The translations under genes and the position numbers were made by a program. A stretch of 25,756 nt of DNA from the IMG/VR virus record IMGVR_UViG_3300020549_000404, positions 1-25,756 of that record; one strand, given 5' to 3'. Each line of letters begins with the position of its first letter. The stretch's first letter is position 1. The notes below the pieces were generated by a model that was not told where the DNA came from, did no database searches, and was given only the letters and a program-made list of their open reading frames with translations. Origin of the DNA: a virus (lineage: Duplodnaviria > Caudoviricetes). Shown here in pieces: positions 19,250 through 25,756 of this stretch.

Positions 19250-19890
19250 TCTTTGATATGCCAGTGATCTAATATTGCATCAGCAAAACCATAATACACG
19301 GCTTCTTCTGCGTTTAGATACCAATCTCCATTTTTAAATTTTCTTATCAAAAATTGCTTAACTTGTTTTTCACTTGGTTTCTTTCCAAACTTCTCATAGA
19401 AAAACTTACCGTCAACACATCTTTTTGCATAAACATTAAACATCACATCACAAATTCGTTTTTCATAATCGGCTTGACTCATTGCGCTTAAATAATCTGT
19501 ATTAATATCGGTAGATCCATAGTGACACATAAAGTGAGCATTTGGAGTCATGTATCTATAATCCGCAGCTTGAAGAAAAATGCTACTCATAGATTCAGCT
19601 TGACCATAAACAATCATAGTAATATAAGATCTACACATTTGTATAGCATCATAAATAGCCATGCCGTCTGTCCATACTCCTCCAATACTATGAGAGTGTA
19701 TTGTAATATTGGCATTATTTCTTATATCTAAGGCTCTTAAATTTTTGATAAACGTATTAGACATTCTATATTCAACGCCGGGATTTTCGTTATCTTCGCT
19801 ATTGTAGTGATTATGTAAAAATATTTCCCTAGTATTGATGTTGGCACCATAGTCGTGGAAATCTTTCAGTAATTCTGGTTCTGCCATCAT
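19246..19890 (-). CDS. clpP: ClpP-like serine peptidase (S14 family)
   Basis: REIFL, SIGG...GMAIYDAI, GQAESMSS (catalytic Ser), PNAHFMCH (His) and DWYLNAEEAVYYGFADAI (Asp) align with ClpP motifs. RBS GGAGG. Confidence 0.85.
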   Translation of the reverse strand: MMAEPELLKDFHDYGANINTREIFLHNHYNSEDNENPGVEYRMSNTFIKNLRALDIRNNANITIHSHSIGGVWTDGMAIYDAIQMCRSYITMIVYGQAESMSSIFLQAADYRYMTPNAHFMCHYGSTDINTDYLSAMSQADYEKRICDVMFNVYAKRCVDGKFFYEKFGKKPSEKQVKQFLIRKFKNGDWYLNAEEAVYYGFADAILDHWHIKE

Positions 19891-20384
19891 TTTTTCCTCC
19901 CTATAGTGTACATTTCATTAATTCTTTTAAAGATACTACTAACAGCTAAAAATGCATTTCTCCTGTCTCCACAAAATAAAACATGCACATCGTTATACAG
20001 TTCAAACTCTATTAAACATTTAAGCATATATTTACCAGTAATTTTTAAAGCAGACTTATTTCGCACCGGTATTCGCGTGTGTTGAGGAAAGTTAATTAAA
20101 TCTTGTAAAGAAAATTCCAGTATTAAATACTTGTGAGGAAAAACTTTCATCCTTTCAATTTCATTTAAGAATGTATATTTCTTTTGTCCTAGATTAATAG
20201 CAAGTTCTTCAACACAGCCCTTTCTTTCTATACAGATTTTATCTTCCAAGCCTTGTATGGAATAATCTCCAGTGTCTAATTTCTGTTCTATCATGCCTGC
20301 GCATGTGTTGAAATTATTAAATTCATACCCTTCTTTTTCTCGGGTATCTCTAATAACAAAAAATTTAGGTGCGTTTGGTTGCAT
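19887..20384 (-). CDS. ERCC4/XPF-family structure-specific nuclease
   Basis: DTREK...KLDTGDYSI...ICIERK...EL...F.NE.ER...LILE is the ERCC4 nuclease signature. Confidence 0.85.
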   Translation of the reverse strand: MQPNAPKFFVIRDTREKEGYEFNNFNTCAGMIEQKLDTGDYSIQGLEDKICIERKGCVEELAINLGQKKYTFLNEIERMKVFPHKYLILEFSLQDLINFPQHTRIPVRNKSALKITGKYMLKCLIEFELYNDVHVLFCGDRRNAFLAVSSIFKRINEMYTIGRKK

Positions 20385-20640
20385 TATGAATTATTTCTGT
20401 AAATACTACTTCGTAGTGGTTTTCTTTACCAGTTATTGATTCATGGCACTCTTTACAAAGCGTAATGCCATTTAATGGATCATATCTTAATGATGCTGCT
20501 TTTGACCAAGGTTTAATATGATGTACATTTAATTTCTTTCTAGAGTTACAGTTTGGCATTTGACACTTGTATTTGTCTCTTTTTAATACTGACTTTCTAA
20601 ACTCACTATAATCTTTATCATTATAGTTTCTCTTCTTCAT
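20365..20640 (-). CDS. HNH endonuclease
   Basis: RKSVLKRDKYKCQ..C...LNVHHI......RYDPLNGITLCKECH, with Zn-binding Cys pairs and the HNH core. Confidence 0.9.
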   Translation of the reverse strand: MKKRNYNDKDYSEFRKSVLKRDKYKCQMPNCNSRKKLNVHHIKPWSKAASLRYDPLNGITLCKECHESITGKENHYEVVFTEIIHNATKRT

Positions 20641-20885
20641 AATAATATTACCTTATATATTCTCATATGCCTATGTATTTTACGACACATAATTCGACTT
20701 TCTATAGAATTATCTTTTTCTACAATAGTATGAAGTAATCTTTGTGTAAATGTATAGCAAGCATCATCTGGATTATCTGCCTCAAGGAATACTAAAAAAA
20801 ATGGAAAAGAATATTCTTTGATTAAGTTATCTTTTATTTGCATATATATACTAGATAAATCCACACTAAGTTTAAAGTTTTGCAT
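20637..20885 (-). CDS. Hypothetical protein
   Basis: 82-aa ORF overlapping both neighbours (translational coupling), with an EADNPDDAC motif. Confidence 0.6.
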   Translation of the reverse strand: MQNFKLSVDLSSIYMQIKDNLIKEYSFPFFLVFLEADNPDDACYTFTQRLLHTIVEKDNSIESRIMCRKIHRHMRIYKVILL

Positions 20886-21912
20886 CTATCATCATTTTAA
20901 CCAAATCTTCAAGACTGTATTCTGCTTTCCAGCCTAATTTTTCTTGTGCTTTTGTACAATCCCCTCTTAGGAAATCTACTTCTGAAGGTCTATAAAATTG
21001 TGGATCTATGACAATTAGTTGTCTCCATTCTGTTAATCCAACATAATTAAAAGCAATATCTAAAAATTCAGCAACTGTGTGAGTCTTTCCAGTGCAAATA
21101 ACATAATCGTCTGGATAATCCTGCTGTAGCATTAACCACATAGCCTCTACATACTCTCCAGCATATCCCCAATCACGAAATGCTTCTAAATTTCCTAGTC
21201 TTAGTTTTGGAAAAATCTGTCCATTAATAATGATATTATCTTCATCAAACTTAATTTCTCCGTTATACTTAACATGTTTAGTCCATCTCACATAATTTGC
21301 AATCCAATTTATGATTTTTTGGGTAACAAAGTTGTCGCCCCTTCTTGGACTTTCGTGATTAAATAATATGCCAGAACTAGCATGTAAATTATGAGCATTG
21401 CGAAACAAACGCACGAAATGATGAGCGGCACACTTAGCAATTGCGTATGGGGAATTGGGCATAAATTTTGTGTCTTCATCTTGATATTTTTCTCCACAGG
21501 CGTTTGTATCGTAAGAACTTCCAAACATTTCGCTAGATGAAGCTTGATAAAATCTAGTGTTATATAGCCCAAGATCAACTATTGCTTGTAGAATAGTTAG
21601 ACATCCTTTTCCAGTAATATCCCAAGTGAGTGCTGGTTGTGAAAAAGATGTGCCAACGTGAGACTGTGCAGCTAAGTTATAGATTTCATCTACATGATCG
21701 TTCCAAGAAAGAATATTGTATATATTGCTTGCATCTGTAATATCGCCTTCTATCAATCTGAAATTATCTGCATCTAATAAGTGTTTTATTCTTTGTGTGT
21801 TGTCTGTACTACACCTTCGTGAAACTCCAATGACTTCATAACCCTTACTCATTAGTAGGTCCGCTAGATAGCTTCCATCTTGTCCGGTAATTCCAAAAAC
21901 GATAGCTTTCAT
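20872..21912 (-). CDS. gmd: GDP-mannose 4,6-dehydratase
   Basis: GITGQDGSYLA, GDITD, YNLAAQSHV..SF, FYQASSSE.FG, SPYAIAK, GILFNHESPRRG..FVT, LGNL.A.RDWG and RPSEVD.L.GD motifs. Confidence 0.95.
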   Translation of the reverse strand: MKAIVFGITGQDGSYLADLLMSKGYEVIGVSRRCSTDNTQRIKHLLDADNFRLIEGDITDASNIYNILSWNDHVDEIYNLAAQSHVGTSFSQPALTWDITGKGCLTILQAIVDLGLYNTRFYQASSSEMFGSSYDTNACGEKYQDEDTKFMPNSPYAIAKCAAHHFVRLFRNAHNLHASSGILFNHESPRRGDNFVTQKIINWIANYVRWTKHVKYNGEIKFDEDNIIINGQIFPKLRLGNLEAFRDWGYAGEYVEAMWLMLQQDYPDDYVICTGKTHTVAEFLDIAFNYVGLTEWRQLIVIDPQFYRPSEVDFLRGDCTKAQEKLGWKAEYSLEDLVKMMIDAKL

Positions 21913-22652
21913 ATATTCTCCTTATATTCTTCATATAAAAAATTCCTAGCCAACACATCTTCTTCATCATTAAGATCTAGATATTCTAAATGCTCTTCAA
22001 ACTTTCTGTATGTTCCAGTGTCTGCTCTTCCTCTATTACACTTGATAAATAATTCTTCTTTTGTTTTTGATAGATAATGATTTAATTGTGCTATGGACCA
22101 ATCAACTGGAGTATTAAATGGACCTGTTCTTGGTTCTTTATTTAAGTTGTGCCAAGTAGTACCTAAATTATGTATATGAACCATATGATTAGTTGGAAGT
22201 TTAACAATAGATTTAATATGATTATTGTGAGCATATGTTGATTTTCCTTTATGGGTAAATCTTTTTAATACGCTATATTCTCCATTTACAACTGATTTGT
22301 GTCCACTGTCTCCAAATAGCGCCCAGTTAATACCTATAGCAGCATAATCATTATAATCCTGTAAAAAACTTTTCACATGGTTGTGTTTCTTTAATACCAA
22401 AAATTCATCTACATCAAAAAAAGCAGCCCAATTATATCCGTTAGATTTAGTTTTAACAAAATCGTTATAAGCCTCAAGCTGTTTAGCAAATCCGTTATAC
22501 TCATATATAGATACTTTTTTATTGTCGGTGCTATATTTCCAATCATTAGCATAAACAAACACATGATCAAATTCAAGTTTGATATGATAATCTATCCACT
22601 CTTTTATGTAGTGGTCTTCATTTTTAGCTATACAAACAAGAGCTGTTTTCAT
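21909..22652 (-). CDS. GT-A fold glycosyltransferase (GT2-like / GT92-like)
   Basis: Start moved to 22652 (ATGA overlap with the upstream stop). Motifs CIAKNE..YI.EWI.YH...FDHV.VY.N, Q..AYN, W..F.DVDEFL (DxD), INW..FG.SG, KSIV and LNHY..KT.EE. Confidence 0.85.
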   Translation of the reverse strand: MKTALVCIAKNEDHYIKEWIDYHIKLEFDHVFVYANDWKYSTDNKKVSIYEYNGFAKQLEAYNDFVKTKSNGYNWAAFFDVDEFLVLKKHNHVKSFLQDYNDYAAIGINWALFGDSGHKSVVNGEYSVLKRFTHKGKSTYAHNNHIKSIVKLPTNHMVHIHNLGTTWHNLNKEPRTGPFNTPVDWSIAQLNHYLSKTKEELFIKCNRGRADTGTYRKFEEHLEYLDLNDEEDVLARNFLYEEYKENI

Positions 22653-23254
22653 TTTTGTAATATGCCTATATATATACCATTCCAAAAACCGTCTAGGCAT
22701 CCATTTTTGTTAGTTAATATAGTACGTGAATCTATTACTTTTAGGTTACATTTTTTTATTCCAGACTCTGTTCCTTCTTGGACTTCTACCCAATTAAAAT
22801 CATCACATATATACATAAAAGTTTCGTCCATACATTCATAGTAGTATGTTAAAGCCTGTTCTTGATCTTGCTTAGTATGCCCACCGTCATAAAAATAAAT
22901 ATTAAAGCTGTTTTTTAACAGGCTTTTGTCAAACTTAAAGCAGTCACAATTAAAAAAGGAATAGTTTGTTTTTATATCGGACATATTAGAACTAAAGATA
23001 TCAAAATTACCACTAAATTGAGAAAAGTCGTCTATAGCTATTGCGTATTCTGGATTATTGTTACATAGTGCTGAATAAAAAGTTGATCCATGCCATACGC
23101 CTATTTCTAAATATTTAGCGCCCCTAAACGACACAGCTTTATTTAATAATCTACGAACTTTAGAACTAGACATGCCACGCATTGACAAAGCTTTACCATC
23201 TAACATAGCGCTATCATCGTTTGCAAAATTCAGTAGTGTATCTATGTTATACAT
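22649..23254 (-). CDS. Class I SAM-dependent methyltransferase (Methyltransf_24-like, probably a sugar O-methyltransferase)
   Basis: YLEIGVWHGST, AIDDF, YFYDGGH and ICDDFNW..V motifs. No DPPY/NPPY or PC motif of DNA methyltransferases. Confidence 0.85.
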   Translation of the reverse strand: MYNIDTLLNFANDDSAMLDGKALSMRGMSSSKVRRLLNKAVSFRGAKYLEIGVWHGSTFYSALCNNNPEYAIAIDDFSQFSGNFDIFSSNMSDIKTNYSFFNCDCFKFDKSLLKNSFNIYFYDGGHTKQDQEQALTYYYECMDETFMYICDDFNWVEVQEGTESGIKKCNLKVIDSRTILTNKNGCLDGFWNGIYIGILQK

Positions 23255-23255
23255 A

Positions 23256-24041
23256 TTAATCCTTTACAGTATCTGGAGATAATAATGGCTGATCAATAGT
23301 TCCATCTTCATATTTATGGAAAGAACTTAATCGCTCTTCTTCTTTTTTCATTGCCACCCTCATCTTTTCCATTTCTATTCCGTATTTTTTCATTAAGTCT
23401 GGGCTTTGCAATAAATTAGCAACCCAGCTTGTAAAACTCTGTTTAGAGTCTTCTAACCTCTTTATGCGCTGTTCTCTTGTTCCCTTCATCTCCCTTAATA
23501 TGGCCGCTTTCTTTGTTTGCAACTCCCTATAATCTCTATTCAAACTTTCTTGCGAAGCCCTTAGAGAGGCCACCTGTCTTTCTAAGTTAATAATATAATC
23601 CATATCTTGTTGATCTTTGTCTTTACTACGTTCGTCGCGCACCATTTTTTCATAGGTACTAATTTGTTCTATATTATCCTTATTGCCCTTCAAGCATCTA
23701 TTCATAAGAATCTCTAATTTAATAACGTCGATTACTTGTAATTCTTCGGTGGGGAATACATCGTCCTTAAACTGTGAAATTATGCGCGACCAGTGATACT
23801 TAAATAGGTCGAGTTCCTCTTCAGTAAATTGTTCTTTTAGATCTAGCCAATATGGGCGATCTTCAAGTGAGAAGGCCGCAAACTCTTCTCCGGTTAAACC
23901 AACCTTAAATTTTCGTTTTATGAAATAGTCTACAGACTCAACGTCTCTATCTAATTGTTTGGCTATATCTTCTACGGTCAAACTGTTTACAAGTCTGCCA
24001 ATAATGCGTTCTTCCTCTTTAGAGATTCTACCCTTTTTCAT
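23256..24041 (-). CDS. HTH + coiled-coil protein, candidate terminase small subunit
   Basis: N-terminal helix-turn-helix-like segment (LTVEDIAKQLDRDVESV) followed by long helices. It lies upstream of terL, and no other TerS candidate is visible. The TerS role is an inference. Confidence 0.4.
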   Translation of the reverse strand: MKKGRISKEEERIIGRLVNSLTVEDIAKQLDRDVESVDYFIKRKFKVGLTGEEFAAFSLEDRPYWLDLKEQFTEEELDLFKYHWSRIISQFKDDVFPTEELQVIDVIKLEILMNRCLKGNKDNIEQISTYEKMVRDERSKDKDQQDMDYIINLERQVASLRASQESLNRDYRELQTKKAAILREMKGTREQRIKRLEDSKQSFTSWVANLLQSPDLMKKYGIEMEKMRVAMKKEEERLSSFHKYEDGTIDQPLLSPDTVKD

Positions 24042-24519
24042 TTATGATATCCTTAATTTTTTTGATTAGGGCTTCACGTTTAGTACTAACTAAATTCATG
24101 CCGTTGATTAATTTCAAGAAGTCTTCTCTCATGGAAATTGGTAAATGCGCCTCCACCAATTGCATTAGTTGCTTTTGATCTATCTCCTCTATGTCCATCT
24201 CATAATATTGTGAGTTGCAATTTGTGTCATGAAAAAAACTTATAGGAGATAAGACTTTCTTTTTCTCTAAATCTTTAGCGTTTCCAAAATTATCCCTAAC
24301 AAAATTCTTCAGTCGATTAGAAAGATTAACGGATAGAAAATTCTCAAGGGGCCGACAATTGTCATAGCGGTTTAGGGCGTCAACACATATAATAAACGCC
24401 TCTTGTTTTATATCATCTACCTCGTATCCATTAAATGTATACCTTGGGGCGATTCTATTAATCACCGTTTGTATTATATGCATTGTTTCTTGCTCTGTCA
24501 TATTCTTTGGTATTTTCAT
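24028..24519 (-). CDS. Phage sigma70-family RNA polymerase sigma factor
   Basis: Start moved to 24519 (ATGA overlap). Region-2 signature DDIKQEAFI...ALNRYD...LENFL...NRLKNF.RD. The region-4-like LP..MRE.F..L..G segment ends early. Confidence 0.75.
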   Translation of the reverse strand: MKIPKNMTEQETMHIIQTVINRIAPRYTFNGYEVDDIKQEAFIICVDALNRYDNCRPLENFLSVNLSNRLKNFVRDNFGNAKDLEKKKVLSPISFFHDTNCNSQYYEMDIEEIDQKQLMQLVEAHLPISMREDFLKLINGMNLVSTKREALIKKIKDIINEKG

Positions 24520-25301
24520 TTTAGATTCACCCACTCAGACCCGTTGTAGTATTTCAATACATTATCTGTTATGTCAAATACAACATCTCCAGCATCTGGT
24601 TTGCTTGGCTTTTCTGTAGAAGCAAAGGTGAGTTTATTTAATTCAAGCGTCTTGGTATATAACTTAGAGGTCTTTAGTATCAACTGATTTTTAAAGTCCT
24701 TGAGTGTTTTTACCACACCCTTTGTAAAACTTTCTAAGGAAAATAAACTATCAAGAGATATATTTTCAATTCCATCATTTAGTCTACCGATAACGGAATT
24801 TGTTGAGGTGCGCAGCGCGGTTGGTCCGTTACTAGAGGTGTATGGTATGGTATTTTCTTCTATAAATAGTTGTAGAGCATTAGATACTCTATAAACATAT
24901 ATGTGTATGTATTCATCTAGACCTTGGGCGCGTACATTATAGAAGTGTGGGTTGGGGGTTGCGTCGTTGCCATGTTGATGAAACAGACAATACAATCTAT
25001 TAATATACTGCTTTCCTTCTAATATTTCAAACTCTGCTAGTCCAACTTCTGAGATTAATAAATCAGACTTATTATAGTGCAATAATTCGTAGTAAAAAGT
25101 ATATCCTTCTCCAATATTGGATAGAAAACTATTACACTCACAAGTATAGTGTGGGTTTACTTGTTGGTACTTTTGTATATTATTGCAGGCTTGATCACAA
25201 CCAGTTAATAATAATCTAGGATACAGGGTGGGATCTGTAATAAGATTACATGCTTCCACTACTGTCTTGTGTGTCGTCTTTAGTGGTTTCTGTAGAATCA
25301 T
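24516..25301 (-). CDS. Hypothetical protein with virion-fibre-like motifs
   Basis: C-terminal P.AGDVVFD.T...LKYYNGSEW fibre motif, an NSVIGRL..GIE.I segment, and an N-terminal half resembling the 69..740 protein. Confidence 0.55.
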   Translation of the reverse strand: MILQKPLKTTHKTVVEACNLITDPTLYPRLLLTGCDQACNNIQKYQQVNPHYTCECNSFLSNIGEGYTFYYELLHYNKSDLLISEVGLAEFEILEGKQYINRLYCLFHQHGNDATPNPHFYNVRAQGLDEYIHIYVYRVSNALQLFIEENTIPYTSSNGPTALRTSTNSVIGRLNDGIENISLDSLFSLESFTKGVVKTLKDFKNQLILKTSKLYTKTLELNKLTFASTEKPSKPDAGDVVFDITDNVLKYYNGSEWVNLK

Positions 25302-25437
25302 CTTGTTCCTTTCCTAATACTTCTTCCATTGGTCTATCTTCTTTAACGAGATCGCGTAAAGCTGACTCGCTGGCTTTAACAGAAGCCTTACAATGCAATT
25401 GACAATGTAATTTAATTGGATTATTTTGATTGTTCAT
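25246..25437 (-). CDS. Small hypothetical protein, first gene of the leftward operon
   Basis: Strong RBS AAGGAG (25444-25449) and the promoter motif directly upstream; 63 aa with an acidic tail. Confidence 0.6.
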   Translation of the reverse strand: MNNQNNPIKLHCQLHCKASVKASESALRDLVKEDRPMEEVLGKEQDDSTETTKDDTQDSSGSM

Positions 25438-25454
25438 ATGTTTCTCCTTGACTT

Positions 25455-25466
25455 ATTATACACAAA
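25455..25466 (-). promoter_or_regulatory. Putative phage promoter TTTGTGTATAAT heading the operon
   Basis: Identical to the 15182-15193 motif and at the same distance from the next ATG. Confidence 0.65.
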
Positions 25467-25572
25467 GGTGCGAATAAATGCATTTAGGTTGGGTGCGATG
25501 CTAATGGATCGGGTAATACATAAATATTTATATTGGTTATTGTGAATGAACCACCCCGCGTTTTTTGGCAGT

Positions 25573-25589
25573 TTGGCACGGTATTTGCA
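25573..25589 (+). promoter_or_regulatory. Sigma-54 (RpoN) -24/-12 promoter consensus TTGGCACGGTATTTGCA
   Basis: Full match to TGGCACG-N4-TTGCW with exact GG-N10-GC spacing (GG 25575-76, GC 25587-88), in non-coding DNA. Confidence 0.65.
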
Positions 25590-25618
25590 CAGAAGATAAA
25601 ACCCCCCTACCTAGCGGG

Positions 25619-25668
25619 TGTAGCAAAATGCTGTAGCAAAACGCTACACACTGTAGCAAAATGCCACA
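25619..25668. repeat. Three direct repeats of TGTAGCAAAAYGC, two of which extend into palindromes
   Basis: Copies at 25619-25631, 25632-25648 (TGTAGC-AAAAC-GCTACA, perfect inverted repeat) and 25652-25668 (TGTAGC-AAAAT-GCCACA, one mismatch). Confidence 0.85.
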
Positions 25669-25756
25669 CCGGTAAGAACCGAGTCTCATGTTGAGAATCG
25701 CGTAAGTCCATATGCCACAAGCACTTAGGTAAAAAGAAAAATAATTTTGTCTTTGG

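Noticed and set aside
22653-22700. Longer start for the glycosyltransferase, and similarly 24534 for the sigma factor, 13227 for the MCP and 12115
   Set aside because: Downstream ATGs give ATGA coupling or correct Shine-Dalgarno spacing and match where the domain begins.
22649-23254. DNA methyltransferase / restriction-modification gene
   Set aside because: It lacks DPPY/NPPY and PC catalytic motifs. The DG.H and DD motifs and the GT neighbour point to a small-molecule or sugar methyltransferase.
4433-24894. Remaining short plus-strand ORFs and the nested out-of-frame minus-strand ORFs (10290..10481, 18220..18414, 21309..21578)
   Set aside because: They overlap well-supported genes and show no recognisable motifs, consistent with chance ORFs.
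25619-25668. Mini CRISPR array
   Set aside because: The repeats are only 13-17 bp with 0-7 nt between them, so there are no spacers, and no cas genes are present.
1-25756. tRNA, rRNA, integrase, transposase or reverse transcriptase (DGR)
   Set aside because: No such motifs were seen, and the intergenic gaps are too short except at the right end, which shows no cloverleaf.

Overview
This is a 25.8-kb fragment of a tailed dsDNA bacteriophage (Caudoviricetes) genome, AT-rich, with essentially every real gene on the minus strand. Read right to left, it holds a non-coding control region (about 25440-25756), two hypothetical genes, a sigma70-family sigma factor and an HTH/coiled-coil protein that may be the small terminase. 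Next come a sugar-modification cassette (SAM methyltransferase, GT-A glycosyltransferase, GDP-mannose 4,6-dehydratase), HNH and ERCC4 nucleases, a ClpP-like peptidase, the large terminase and the portal. These are followed by a prohead protease with a nested scaffold start, a decoration protein, the major capsid protein with its terminator, and a block of large virion or fibre proteins. Three of the fibre proteins carry about 12 mucin-like poly-Thr tracts, plus Gly-rich, FN3, Cys-rich and cupredoxin-like domains. Four observations stand out: (1) a possible phage-encoded virion O-glycosylation system, pairing the Thr tracts with the GT/GMD/MTase cassette; (2) a recurring GTGTATWW promoter motif at fixed distances from start codons, matched by a sigma factor with an apparently truncated region 4; (3) a perfect sigma-54 -24/-12 promoter pointing away from the operon, next to TGTAGC-N5-GCTACA palindromic repeats; (4) a type-1-copper-like site on a virion protein. 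All functional calls come from motif recognition by eye; no database searches were run and the host is not determined.
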